DNA of 64,000 bases, taken from IMG/VR virus record IMGVR_UViG_3300025084_000015, one strand, 5' to 3'. Position 1 is the stretch's first letter; every line of letters begins with the position of its first letter. The notes below the pieces were generated by a model. That model did no database searches, was not told the origin of the DNA, and was given only the letters and a program-made list of their open reading frames with translations. The position numbers and the translations under genes were made by a program. Origin of the DNA: an uncultured virus (IMG/VR IMGVR_UViG_3300025084_000015). Lineage: Duplodnaviria; Heunggongvirae; Uroviricota; Caudoviricetes. Positions 44,344 through 54,392 of the stretch are shown piece after piece.

Positions 44344-46818
44344 CTAAAATAGAAATTGTTGAAGATCTGCTCTTGGTTCTGCTGACCAACCAATCGCATC
44401 GAGGATAATTTTGATTGGGTCAAGAAAAGTCTTTTGAAACTGAAGATCATAATTAATGTACTTATTTAGCTCGAGTTCTTCAGGCAAATGCCCCGGAAAT
44501 GATATGACATTTTCTTGAATTGTATTTGGAACATGAAGATACAAAAATTTAATTTTATCGCCATTTTGGATAAGTTCATATTTTTTTTCCAAACCTAATG
44601 ATTTTACTCGATTGTTGTAAAGAAGTGCACCCCGGGCGTGTATAGGTGTTCCTTTTGTGTAAACAGTAGAACGATTAGACCATTTAGTCATATCAGTCAC
44701 ACCACGAGGAAACGCAACTTGATCAGCAGGAAGAGATTTAAAATGATCTTTGAAAAGAGATACTGCTTCCTGTGTTTTGTCTTCATCGCCTGTCACAATG
44801 ATTTTAAACATTTGATTCATAGCTTCTCGACAAGCTTGAGGCGTAGAAGATTTTACTGCTTCAATACCCATCATTTTAATTTTAGGTTTAGCGTATTGTA
44901 CACCTTCGTTGTTATGTACATTAAGAATGTAACGTTTTTTCGCAGTCCAAATACCTCGATCTGCGATAGCTTCTCGCTTCATAACCATACGATTTGTATA
45001 AGCATTTGTACTATCAGAAAACTCTTGGAACGCTTTTTCAAGCATAGGTTCAATTGCTTTAGAGCCAAACTCATCAAGGAATGCTATAGGATTCTTAGGT
45101 TTAAACTTTTCAATGATGTCGTTAACTCCAATGTAAAGCGAGTCAGTGTCCATTGCAATAACACGATCTTTACTTTCGCCAATAAATTTGTCCAGAAATG
45201 TATTTACATTTTTTTCACCATGTTTGATGACCGCTTGGCCGGTCAGAGTAATACCAGAAGCAATTCGAAGATCAAAGTAACGAAAGTATTTGTTGCCCAT
45301 AGCACCATAAAGAGAGTTAAGAAGAATTTTAATTGCTGTCTGAAGAGTTTCAAGGCGTGCAACTTTCCCTGAGGTTGTTTGGTATTCATTACGCTGGGTT
45401 TTTGAAATTGTTTCAAGTTTAGTTTTAGCTTGAAGCATTTCGTCTTTAACAGTTACACGTTTTGCGTATAACTCTTCGACAATTTCGGGAATAATACCTT
45501 TCTTCGCTTTACTAAACACAGCGCCATTTGAAGCTACAGCACCTTCAGCGCCTGGCATTCCTAAGATAGTTTCAGGCGACATATTGTATTGAACAATTAT
45601 GTTTGGATAAAGTGAGTTAAGGTCAAAAGACATTACCCAATCGTGCATACCTACATGAGGATCTTTTACATATCCACCTGGAAAAGCTTCTGATGTTTTA
45701 TCAGATGATGGAATTGTAGCAATATTGAAACGAGCTAGCCTTCGGAAAATAATTGAATCCCATATCGCACAGGTACCTAATGTGTCTTGATAATTTACAC
45801 CACCTAGGTACGCCATAGTCATAACAAGAGTAATAAGACCAAGTTTGTCTTCCATACGCTCAATGAGCTCGACGTCTTTAATGTTGTAATCTACAAACAT
45901 TTGATAATCTGCATCATAAAGATCGCGTAAAGAACCAACTTCAGAATAGTCGAGCTTTTTCTCGCCAAGTACTACACTCGAAATATGATTAAGAGAATAA
46001 GACTCCTGATTGCCGTATGTATAAGCAAACTTTTTAAACAATTCCATATAGTCAAGATGCTGAATACCCATAATGTCAAAGGTTGTTCGAACACTACCTT
46101 GAACACGAATATCTCTACGTTCAATCTTGCGCCATGGGGAAAGACCTTTTGCGAAGTCTTCGCCAAGAAGAAAAACCATTCGAGAAATCATGTATGGAAT
46201 ATCGAAAAAGCGGGTGTTCCAACCTGTAATAATATCAGGTGTATTTTCTGGCGTTGCCCAATATTCGACAAATGCTTCCAGCATCGAAGCTTCGTCTTTA
46301 AACTGACGATATTCAATCTTTAAAGAACGCAATTGTGTCGATTGCTCGTCATAAGGTTTTAAACCCCAAACACGATAGGTGTCGTCTCTAGAACTTTTTA
46401 GTGCAATAGTAAGAATCTCATTAACAGGATTGTCAATTTCTGGGAAACCATCGCCAAACGATGTTTCAATGTCAAGAGAAGCGATGTCAATTAGTCGTCG
46501 ATCATAAGGAATTTCATTTGGAAACTGCCCTTGAATAAAAGCTGGGATGTGTCGTTCGTTGCCATACAGCTTAAAGTCAGGAACATCGCGATAAGTTTTT
46601 TGAAAATCCCTTAGCTCTGACATTGAGCTAAACTGAATAGGATCTACTGGAACACCATCGAGTGACTTCCAAGATGTATTCTGCTTTTTAGACTTAAGAT
46701 AAAGCGTTGGTTTATATTTGATACGATGAGATATTTTTTTGCCATCGTCATCGTAGCCACGATATAGAAGATTGTTTGCTAAACGTTCAACACTTGTATA
46801 GAATCCACCTAGTAACAT
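44344..46818 (-). CDS. 43: Family B DNA polymerase gp43
   Basis: DIET, TGWN..FDIPY, YNIKD, SFDLNSLYP, KILLNSLYG, MDTDS, KKRY. Confidence 0.98.
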   Translation of the reverse strand: MLLGGFYTSVERLANNLLYRGYDDDGKKISHRIKYKPTLYLKSKKQNTSWKSLDGVPVDPIQFSSMSELRDFQKTYRDVPDFKLYGNERHIPAFIQGQFPNEIPYDRRLIDIASLDIETSFGDGFPEIDNPVNEILTIALKSSRDDTYRVWGLKPYDEQSTQLRSLKIEYRQFKDEASMLEAFVEYWATPENTPDIITGWNTRFFDIPYMISRMVFLLGEDFAKGLSPWRKIERRDIRVQGSVRTTFDIMGIQHLDYMELFKKFAYTYGNQESYSLNHISSVVLGEKKLDYSEVGSLRDLYDADYQMFVDYNIKDVELIERMEDKLGLITLVMTMAYLGGVNYQDTLGTCAIWDSIIFRRLARFNIATIPSSDKTSEAFPGGYVKDPHVGMHDWVMSFDLNSLYPNIIVQYNMSPETILGMPGAEGAVASNGAVFSKAKKGIIPEIVEELYAKRVTVKDEMLQAKTKLETISKTQRNEYQTTSGKVARLETLQTAIKILLNSLYGAMGNKYFRYFDLRIASGITLTGQAVIKHGEKNVNTFLDKFIGESKDRVIAMDTDSLYIGVNDIIEKFKPKNPIAFLDEFGSKAIEPMLEKAFQEFSDSTNAYTNRMVMKREAIADRGIWTAKKRYILNVHNNEGVQYAKPKIKMMGIEAVKSSTPQACREAMNQMFKIIVTGDEDKTQEAVSLFKDHFKSLPADQVAFPRGVTDMTKWSNRSTVYTKGTPIHARGALLYNNRVKSLGLEKKYELIQNGDKIKFLYLHVPNTIQENVISFPGHLPEELELNKYINYDLQFQKTFLDPIKIILDAIGWSAEPRADLQQFLF

Positions 46819-46836
46819 ATAAGTATTATACCATGT

Positions 46837-47037
46837 CTAAACACACTTGTACATAATAAAATTGGTCCAATCTTGCAAGACTGATTTTTCTAAAACATTT
46901 GCGGATGAAACTATGGTATTTGAAAAAGAGCTAAATGTCTCAAAGAGATTACCTTTTTTATCATAGAACACTACATCGTCATATTGCTGATTATTGTTAA
47001 AATTGAATGTTTGTGTTTCTTCATTAAAGATTGTCAT
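46837..47037 (-). CDS. Hypothetical protein
   Basis: Likely start MTIFNEE. Confidence 0.45.
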   Translation of the reverse strand: MTIFNEETQTFNFNNNQQYDDVVFYDKKGNLFETFSSFSNTIVSSANVLEKSVLQDWTNFIMYKCV

Positions 47038-47052
47038 AATATTATTTATTAC

Positions 47053-47086
47053 AAAAGCTCCCTTACACTTTTGCATAAGGGAGCTT
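47053..47086 (-). terminator. Probable intrinsic terminator after hsp20
   Basis: AAGCTCCCTTA...TAAGGGAGCTTTT hairpin. Confidence 0.65.
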
Positions 47087-47114
47087 AAGTTAACTTACAT
47101 CGGCTAATATTTAA

Positions 47115-47522
47115 TTAGTCATCAATTTTAAATGATTTTGGTTTTTTATCTTCAGGAATTGATTTCTCTAAAAACACAGATAGAATTCCATCAGTGAGAG
47201 ATACCTTTGAAACTTCAATGTATTCACCTAACGTAAACGTTTTATTGAATTTACGTGTTGCAATTCCTTTATGAATATATTCTTTATTGCCGTTTAAATC
47301 AACATCTTTAGATGCGACGGAAAGAACATTTTCCTCTTGTTCAACGAATAAATCACTCTTACTAAATCCAGCGACTGCAATAGCAATTTCAAAGCTATCT
47401 TCATCGTGTTTCACCACGTTGTGTGGTGGATAAGTTGGTTGTTTTGAACTCAATTTTTCGATTCGGTCAAAGACGGAATCGAACCCGACTGTCCACGCGT
47501 GTGGAATATTGTATGTTGTCAT
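47115..47522 (-). CDS. hsp20: Small heat-shock protein Hsp20
   Basis: VGFD, YPPHNV, IAVAGF, YIHKGIATRKF, DGILSV; start MTTY with AAGGAG upstream. Confidence 0.93.
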   Translation of the reverse strand: MTTYNIPHAWTVGFDSVFDRIEKLSSKQPTYPPHNVVKHDEDSFEIAIAVAGFSKSDLFVEQEENVLSVASKDVDLNGNKEYIHKGIATRKFNKTFTLGEYIEVSKVSLTDGILSVFLEKSIPEDKKPKSFKIDD

Positions 47523-47606
47523 TTTTTTTATCTCCTTATTTAAGCGAGTTAATGTTGTGGACTCCTTTCGGACATCCGATTTGAAAAGCTTCGTGCTTTT
47601 CAAAAG

Positions 47607-48029
47607 TTATTTATACGATTTAATGTTACCAATTGAATATTTTGATTCTAAATTCCATTCTTTTTTATCTTTATGAGAAATAATTTTAATTGCTCTTAAA
47701 GATGTTTTTGGATTTGCAGATGAAGGTATTACAATTTCAAGTAAACCCCAATCAGAAAGTAAAGTGGTAATTGTATTTCTACGAGCTAAATCGTCTTCTG
47801 TAAAGTTTGATGGTTTTCCATCCAGTAAAAAAAGTTCTTTAAAGTGCACAATAAAATAGCGGCCTTGTTTATGCAAAATATGACAGCTTTGGTAAAGTGT
47901 ATTATGTTCTTTTTTAGAAGATACACCAATTCTTGTAAGTGTTTCTTTTATTTTAAGAAAGTCATCTGGTTCTTCAATCCGAACCTCGAGCATATTAGAA
48001 GGTTTCCATTCTGTAACATCTTCGTTCAT
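47607..48029 (-). CDS. regA: Translational repressor RegA
   Basis: PDDFLKIKETLTRIG, LYQSCHILHKQGRYFIVHFKELF. Confidence 0.97.
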   Translation of the reverse strand: MNEDVTEWKPSNMLEVRIEEPDDFLKIKETLTRIGVSSKKEHNTLYQSCHILHKQGRYFIVHFKELFLLDGKPSNFTEDDLARRNTITTLLSDWGLLEIVIPSSANPKTSLRAIKIISHKDKKEWNLESKYSIGNIKSYK

Positions 48030-48072
48030 AGAACTATTTATAGAATTTTAACCTTTGCCATATTCACATACT

Positions 48073-48327
48073 TTAATAGGTATCTTCTTGAAGGTAACTA
48101 TGTGATCCGCAATAATTAGACCAAGATCTTTCTGACTTGTTTAAACAATAATCAAACATCAACTCTTCAATAATAACTGATGGGCCAGTATACCATTCTT
48201 CTTTTTTTGCTTTATCCAAAAGGGAAATGATTTTTTCATCTGCCTGATCCATCATTTTTCTAGTACACTTTGCTAACTTTTCAGCTTCTTTTTCAAATTC
48301 TTTTGATATTTTAAATTCTACACTCAT
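48073..48327 (-). CDS. Hypothetical protein
   Basis: 84-aa ORF. Confidence 0.5.
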   Translation of the reverse strand: MSVEFKISKEFEKEAEKLAKCTRKMMDQADEKIISLLDKAKKEEWYTGPSVIIEELMFDYCLNKSERSWSNYCGSHSYLQEDTY

Positions 48328-48419
48328 TACTTTTTATTTCTAAATTTGCGGATAAGCAATTTAACAGAAAACGCAGCTGCTGCTAATATACCAATTGTTT
48401 TTGTTTTTTTAAATTTCAT

Positions 48420-48848
48420 TTATTTTCCTCCCTTGTCGTGTTTCTTATAAAGAATATTTATTTGTTTGTTGTTGAAAATAGGATAAACAGCTTCGGCTTT
48501 TTCTCGAGAATAGCCATATTCTTTTTGAATTATTTCAATATCCTTTAACGCATTTGCTTTTTTACCCCATTTTGAAAACCTTTTCTTTGCTGTAACCATG
48601 TTGCGATAAAAATCGTATTGCATTCGATTAGGCAAAGTGTGATTAATGTTCATTTCATTCGCAAAAATAACAGTATCTTTAAAGTAGGATAAGCTTCGAT
48701 TAATTACAAATGGCACATAAGCTTTATCAGGAGATTCGGGATTTGCCATCTCAAGAGATTGGTCTGCCTTACAATCTTCTAAAAGATGCTTATCTTTTTT
48801 GCCATTATTAATAGAATTAATAAATGTAAACGGTGTTACCTTTTTCAT
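48420..48848 (-). CDS. 62: Clamp loader small subunit gp62
   Basis: PFTFINSIN, YVPFVINRSLS, FANEMN, QYDF, KRFSKW. Confidence 0.9.
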   Translation of the reverse strand: MKKVTPFTFINSINNGKKDKHLLEDCKADQSLEMANPESPDKAYVPFVINRSLSYFKDTVIFANEMNINHTLPNRMQYDFYRNMVTAKKRFSKWGKKANALKDIEIIQKEYGYSREKAEAVYPIFNNKQINILYKKHDKGGK

Positions 48849-49786
48849 TTCCATTCTGAAGATGCCATAATTTCGGTTAGACAAGCAACGGTGTTTAATT
48901 CTTTATCAGCAACAAAGGCCGCCTTATATTGATAATCAGCAAGAATTAAAATAATAGCAGGTATTGATTGTGGCTGGGCATAGTCATAAAGTGTATCATA
49001 AATACGTCTAAATATAACAGACGAATCAACATCTGTATTATTAGTCACCCAAGACCTCATGTTTTTAAAGTTTTTTGTTTTAAGAAAACCAACAAGAGAA
49101 GCAATATTTTGATCTGACATTCCAACAAGAATATCAGCTGTAATTTCACCTGATGAAGAATATCGTTGAACTTCATTGATAACTCTACGCCAATCTGGCG
49201 CATATCTCATAATCAATTCAGCTAGAATTTTGTTGTTAAATGAAACCTTTTCTGCTGTAAGAATATCTTGTAAGCGTTTCATAAATCCGGCCGCTAGGCC
49301 GGCGAGCTGTTTTTTAGTCGTATTAAACTCAATAACAGAACAACGAGAATGCAAAGGTTCAATAATACGATTCTTAAAGTTACATGTTAAAATAAACCTG
49401 CAATTTTTACTAAACTCTTCAATGAAACCTCTAAGAGCTGGTTGTGTCGATTGAGCATTAAGATAATCAGCTTCATCAAGAATTACAACTTTAGTTCCTC
49501 CATTTAGAGAAACAGAAGAAGCAAATTGTTTAATCTTAGAACGAAGAACATCAATACCACTTTCTTCAGAAGCATTGATTACCATACAATCGAGGTTTAA
49601 CTGGTGACACAAAGCTTTAGCGACTGTTGTTTTACCAAGACCAGCTGATCCTGTTAAAAGCATGTTGTGCATTTCGCCGGTGTCAACAATTTTTTGAAAA
49701 GTCTTCTTTAGACTTTCTGGAAGAATACAATCTTCGATGGTTTGTGGGCGATATTTTTCAACCCATAGGAATTCACTTTTACTCAT
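48845..49786 (-). CDS. 44: Clamp loader large subunit gp44
   Basis: LWVEKYRP, GLGKTT, DEADYL, SRC. Confidence 0.97.
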   Translation of the reverse strand: MSKSEFLWVEKYRPQTIEDCILPESLKKTFQKIVDTGEMHNMLLTGSAGLGKTTVAKALCHQLNLDCMVINASEESGIDVLRSKIKQFASSVSLNGGTKVVILDEADYLNAQSTQPALRGFIEEFSKNCRFILTCNFKNRIIEPLHSRCSVIEFNTTKKQLAGLAAGFMKRLQDILTAEKVSFNNKILAELIMRYAPDWRRVINEVQRYSSSGEITADILVGMSDQNIASLVGFLKTKNFKNMRSWVTNNTDVDSSVIFRRIYDTLYDYAQPQSIPAIILILADYQYKAAFVADKELNTVACLTEIMASSEWK

Positions 49787-49833
49787 AAACAAATATATTT
49801 TACACTAATTTTTACAGATTGTACATACTAAAA

Positions 49834-49908
49834 TGGCTCCGAAGGTAGGGTTCGAACCTACGACCTAGTGGTTAACAGCCACCCGCTCTACCACTGAGCT
49901 ACTTCGGA
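49834..49908 (-). tRNA. tRNA-Asn(GTT)
   Basis: Cloverleaf TCCGAAG...CTTCGGA G CCA, loop CTGTTAA. Confidence 0.92.
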
Positions 49909-49913
49909 ATAAA

Positions 49914-49989
49914 TGGAGCTCCGAGTCGGACTTGAACCGACGACCTGGTGATTACAAATCAACTGCTCTACCAACTGAGCTATCGGAGC
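49914..49989 (-). tRNA. tRNA-Thr(TGT)
   Basis: Cloverleaf GCTCCGA...TCGGAGC T CCA, loop TTTGTAA. Confidence 0.92.
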
Positions 49990-49996
49990 GCAGATC

Positions 49997-50287
49997 TTAC
50001 TTAAAAATATTGGCTAATCTAGAGAAAATGCCAGGACTTTTAACTTCGATATATTTCACGACTTCTTTTTCAATCACCTTCGCTTCAGGTTCAGTAAATT
50101 CAACAGGATATGTATCCTCCGGATTTCTTTTTGCACGGTTTAAAGCTTTCTCCATATCGCTGTGAGTAAAGAGATACGCTTCACCATTCTCAGCGAATAC
50201 GTGAAAATAATTTTCCGAAGCACTTGTGCGTGCTTTCTTATTTTTAACAAGCTTAATATAAGCTCTTTGTATTTTTGTACCAGTCAT
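49997..50287 (-). CDS. Hypothetical protein
   Basis: 96-aa ORF, YLFT...RAKRNPED. Confidence 0.6.
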   Translation of the reverse strand: MTGTKIQRAYIKLVKNKKARTSASENYFHVFAENGEAYLFTHSDMEKALNRAKRNPEDTYPVEFTEPEAKVIEKEVVKYIEVKSPGIFSRLANIFK

Positions 50288-50342
50288 AATAATACGTTTT
50301 TAGTGTTAGGCTAGTTTAACAACATAGCCAGGTTAGTTTTTT

Positions 50343-50591
50343 TTATTTTGAAGCTTCAGATGTTTCTTCAACAGAGTCTTCTGCCGGTTCTTCATTTGGC
50401 GCGTTCTGCTTAACAAATTCTGCAAAGAGATCACGCAACTGGCCAACGGACGAAAGTTCGGGCCCCTTGAAAGCACCTCGCTCGGAGGCGGTGTCAATAA
50501 TTTGTGTTGCGAATGAGATGTGCTGAACATTCAATTGTACTTCTTGCACTTCGTTAGTTTCTACTGCGGTGTCTTTTTTATTGTCTGACAT
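50343..50591 (-). CDS. Conserved hypothetical protein (IID.AS.RGAF.G.EL..VG)
   Basis: Recognisable small phage family. Confidence 0.7.
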   Translation of the reverse strand: MSDNKKDTAVETNEVQEVQLNVQHISFATQIIDTASERGAFKGPELSSVGQLRDLFAEFVKQNAPNEEPAEDSVEETSEASK

Positions 50592-50605
50592 AATATGTTT
50601 TTTTG

Positions 50606-51277
50606 TTAGTTGTTAAATGATGAATTTTTTTCTAAAGCGATCCAGTATTTGGTTTTGTTTTTTATACCATTCCATTGTGAAATAAGTTTAGAACTAACTG
50701 AAACTTCATAATCGTCTGGTAGAAGTTTTAAGTTAGAAATAAGAAATTGAAAGTCGTAAGTTCTACTTTCGTCATCGCCGATGAGAAGTCGATACGTATT
50801 GGCGGAAGAGTTGTCTGGGTCTTTTACTTCTAAATAAACGTTATTATCGCCTTCGAGAGAGCAGATCGAGACAACAACGTGACCAAGAGCACCTCCAGCT
50901 TTACGAATTTCATTAATAACGTTTGAAGTAATTTCAACCTTAAAATCAGCCTCAGGCATGCTCACTTCTTTTTGTGGAGAAGTAAGAATAAGAGGATCCG
51001 AATAACGGTAGTTGACTGACGCTCGAGTATTATTAATAGAAACTGAATTTTCGCCAAAGTCTAAGTCAGGATCGTCAATGAGATTAAGAGCAGATAAAAA
51101 TTCATTTAGATCGTATATACCTACTTCAGAGTCAAAGGACTCTTCTACAACAACAGAAGCCATAATATTTTTAGCGTCTGCAATTGTTGATAAATTGTTA
51201 CCCTCTTTAATCACAAGATTAGGGTTAATTGCGGAAAAGTTCTTAAGAACTTCGATTGTTTCTTTACTGATTTTCAT
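50606..51277 (-). CDS. 45: Sliding clamp gp45
   Basis: LKNFSAIN, GIYDLNEFL, NLKLLPDDY, YWIALE. Confidence 0.95.
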   Translation of the reverse strand: MKISKETIEVLKNFSAINPNLVIKEGNNLSTIADAKNIMASVVVEESFDSEVGIYDLNEFLSALNLIDDPDLDFGENSVSINNTRASVNYRYSDPLILTSPQKEVSMPEADFKVEITSNVINEIRKAGGALGHVVVSICSLEGDNNVYLEVKDPDNSSANTYRLLIGDDESRTYDFQFLISNLKLLPDDYEVSVSSKLISQWNGIKNKTKYWIALEKNSSFNN

Positions 51278-51284
51278 AATCAAG

Positions 51285-51587
51285 TTATTCTATACTATTT
51301 TCAGGGGTTTGTAAATAATAAAATTCCAATAAAAACATCATGCAGCAAACCGCGTGTGCGGCGTGATGAATGCCGGTTTCCTCATCCAAAGTTTCTCCTC
51401 GTTGAAGGGCCCACATATGACGTTGCGCTGCAGCAAAATAACGACTATCAAGATTCTCAAGATATTGCCAATTGTTTCTATCATATTTTTGGGCTCCATG
51501 TGTTAATACTTTTACAACGTCGTTTAGCGCATTCGGTGGAACTAAACTATAGTCTGGTTTTTCTGAATCATATTTAATGCCTTCCAT
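51285..51587 (-). CDS. dATP/dGTP diphosphohydrolase-domain protein
   Basis: GIKYDSEKPDYSL, VLTHGAQKY..NW, AAQRH, DEETGIHHAAHA. Confidence 0.85.
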   Translation of the reverse strand: MEGIKYDSEKPDYSLVPPNALNDVVKVLTHGAQKYDRNNWQYLENLDSRYFAAAQRHMWALQRGETLDEETGIHHAAHAVCCMMFLLEFYYLQTPENSIE

Positions 51588-51599
51588 ATTGTTTAGATA

Positions 51600-53333
51600 T
51601 TATACTATATTTTTGGCTGTTTGTAAACTACTTTTTTTCATTTGACTAAAATTGTTCACCTTTTCAAATTCAATCTTATTAGGAAACTTACCTTCTAACA
51701 AATCCTGTTTATGGGAAATAATAAAAACATTCGTTTCTTTACCGAGTGTATTAAGAATTTTAAGAAGATTGTCAACACCATCTGCGTCCATGCTTGAGTC
51801 AAACGTTTCGTCAAGAACCAAAAGATTAGTGTTTGCGCTATTCTTCATTTTAGATATTTGTCTCCATGAGAACAATAAACTTAAATCGATTCTTTGTTTT
51901 TCTCCTTCTGAAAAAGATGCATACGTAAATTCATCGCGGTGGCGAGATTTAATTGTTTCATTAAAAGAATCGTCAAGATGGAAAAGAACAAAGAAATCAA
52001 GAACTTGTAAATATTGATTGATAAGCTTATTCATGATTGGAAGATACTGGCGAATAACTTTAGTCTTAATTCCAGTGTCTCTTAAGAGTTCACTAATAGC
52101 ATCAAAGTAAGAGCTTTTTTGTGATTGCTTTAAACGTACTTCATTTAAATTTGCTCTTTTGCTTCTATCATTAGACAGTGTTTTTTCAGCAGCATTAGTG
52201 TCTTGAATATCGATATTTTTAGAAAGGCTTTGAATCCGCTTTTTAAGAATATTAATTCGTGTTTGGTTGTTAAGCATACTTGAATTAACTTCATTCAAGT
52301 GAACAATTTTCTTGTTTATTTCATTTACATTTTCTTCAACTATCTTAAATTCTTTTTTTGCTTTATAGTAATCTTCATTTAGAGATTTAGCTTTTATCTT
52401 GCAATTATGATTTTTAGATTCTTTCAATTCTTTCGAAATGTCTTGCTCACACGTAGGGCAACAATCATTCTTATCATAGAACATAGATTCTTTTACGATA
52501 TCATCCATCTTATGCTTAATACTGTTAATATTCATAGCATAAGTGTTCATATTTTCTTTTTCTTTTTTATGAGATTCTATTGAAGTATTATAAGATTCGT
52601 CATACTCATTTTGAAGTGATAAATTGCTGTTAAGCAATTCTTCAACTTCTTCGTTTAAATTGAAAATTTCGTTTTTTCTTTTTTCTTCATGAGAAGAATC
52701 AATCTTTTTTAGTTCATCGATATGTTTTGTTTGAAGATCAATCCGTTCTTTAAGTATATTTAATTCATTATCTGTTTCACTCATGCTATGACGAAGAATA
52801 GCAATTTTTTCTTTTAGAACACCGTTCATTTTTGTAAATATTCCAATGTCAAGGAGGTCTTCAATAACGTTTCTTCTTTGATAAGAAGGTAGCTGCATGA
52901 ATGGAATAAAGTTAGATGATCCTAAAACAACAACTTGATGGAACGACTTATGATTAAGTTTAAGAATATTTTGCTCGATGATTTTTTGATAATCGCGGCT
53001 ATGTGATTCTTGGTTTAATAGTTCTCCATTTCGATAAACCTCAAAAATATTAGGTTTAATTCCTCGAATAATTTTGTATTCAATTGATCCAACAGAAAAT
53101 TCTACAGTGACAAGACATTTTGTGTTGTTTATAGAATTTACCAATTGTGGTTTGTTAATACTTCTGTGAGGCTTCCCAAATAGTGCAAAAGACAAAGCAT
53201 CAAGCATTGTTGATTTTCCTGCACCATTTGAACCAACAATAAGAGTCGCAGAATCACGATTAAGATAAATCGCTGTTTCTTTGTTGCCTGTTGATAAAAA
53301 GTTTTTCCACGTAAGTTTCTTAAATGTAATCAT
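51600..53333 (-). CDS. 46: Recombination endonuclease subunit gp46 (SbcC/Rad50-like)
   Basis: GSNGAGKST, CPTC hook, FSEGEK, LDETFD. Confidence 0.96.
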   Translation of the reverse strand: MITFKKLTWKNFLSTGNKETAIYLNRDSATLIVGSNGAGKSTMLDALSFALFGKPHRSINKPQLVNSINNTKCLVTVEFSVGSIEYKIIRGIKPNIFEVYRNGELLNQESHSRDYQKIIEQNILKLNHKSFHQVVVLGSSNFIPFMQLPSYQRRNVIEDLLDIGIFTKMNGVLKEKIAILRHSMSETDNELNILKERIDLQTKHIDELKKIDSSHEEKRKNEIFNLNEEVEELLNSNLSLQNEYDESYNTSIESHKKEKENMNTYAMNINSIKHKMDDIVKESMFYDKNDCCPTCEQDISKELKESKNHNCKIKAKSLNEDYYKAKKEFKIVEENVNEINKKIVHLNEVNSSMLNNQTRINILKKRIQSLSKNIDIQDTNAAEKTLSNDRSKRANLNEVRLKQSQKSSYFDAISELLRDTGIKTKVIRQYLPIMNKLINQYLQVLDFFVLFHLDDSFNETIKSRHRDEFTYASFSEGEKQRIDLSLLFSWRQISKMKNSANTNLLVLDETFDSSMDADGVDNLLKILNTLGKETNVFIISHKQDLLEGKFPNKIEFEKVNNFSQMKKSSLQTAKNIV

Positions 53334-54391
53334 TATATAGTATCTAAAGATTGTGCTTCAATTAATAGTTCTTGCATCATTTTTTTAAGAACGTCTTGGT
53401 TTAAATTAGTTTCTGTAGCATCGATGTAACTGTTTAGCAATGTTGGAGTATCATCAACTCTTACTGCATCATCATCAATATTATCCCCATCATACTCATC
53501 AAATGATTCAATGATTCGAACTTCATAGGGATTAAAATCATAAAGCAAATCCATGAATTTGTCAAAGATATACAAATCACTTTTATTAGTTACAATGACT
53601 TTAACAAAGGTGTTTTGAATTTCATCTCTGGTTATCGCTTTAAGATTATCTTCATCATAATAAATTTTTTGAAATAGATATTGAGGATTTTTAATTGCTT
53701 CGACTTTACGAGTTTCTGTATCAAGAATATGGAAATATTTTGGATCATGAGCATCAGACCAAGTAAGCTCAAATTGCGTTCCGAGATATGTAATATTTCC
53801 TTGGCTGCTTTTCGTATGATAGTGGCCAGAATAAACAGACTCATAACGATCAAATAAACTGCTATCCATTCCGTGTGACTTAATGTCAGCATTCCCCATG
53901 TATTTAAATCCTCCTAATTCTAGGTGACCCATTAAAATAGATGCATCAGAATTTTTAATGAAATCCATGCATTCATCATTGTTAGTTTCGCACATCCATG
54001 GTAAAAAGCCGATTTTTAATTCAGCGAATTTTTTTACGATAGGATTCATAGAAACATTAATCCTATCGCTATATTTGTTTAAAATTAATTCTAAAGAATT
54101 TAATTCGTTAGTGTTTTTATAATAAACATCATGGTTTCCTGGGATTATATCCATAAACATATCATAATCATAAAGTTTTTTTATAAAATCATTATAATTT
54201 TGTTTTAAAACTTTGTAATTTATGTATCTACGGTGATCAAAATAATCTCCTAAATGAATTATATCTTTAATGTTGTTTTCTAGCAAATACGGAAAAAAGA
54301 CATCATTATAAAAACTAGATGAGTGATTCAAAAAAATATCTGAACCATTCTTAATTCCAGCGTGTGTATCATTAATAAGAGCTATTTTCAT
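53333..54391 (-). CDS. 47: Recombination endonuclease subunit gp47 (SbcD/Mre11-like)
   Basis: DTH, HLGDYFD, GNHD, SGHYH. Confidence 0.96.
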   Translation of the reverse strand: MKIALINDTHAGIKNGSDIFLNHSSSFYNDVFFPYLLENNIKDIIHLGDYFDHRRYINYKVLKQNYNDFIKKLYDYDMFMDIIPGNHDVYYKNTNELNSLELILNKYSDRINVSMNPIVKKFAELKIGFLPWMCETNNDECMDFIKNSDASILMGHLELGGFKYMGNADIKSHGMDSSLFDRYESVYSGHYHTKSSQGNITYLGTQFELTWSDAHDPKYFHILDTETRKVEAIKNPQYLFQKIYYDEDNLKAITRDEIQNTFVKVIVTNKSDLYIFDKFMDLLYDFNPYEVRIIESFDEYDGDNIDDDAVRVDDTPTLLNSYIDATETNLNQDVLKKMMQELLIEAQSLDTI

Positions 54392-54392
54392 A

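Noticed and set aside
19560..46818. Introns/inteins in nrdA, nrdB, gp41, uvsX or gp43
   Set aside because: All are continuous and of normal or short length
51285..51587. Z-base or 7-deazaguanine genome
   Set aside because: No purZ, queC/D/E, folE or dpdA recognisable in the window
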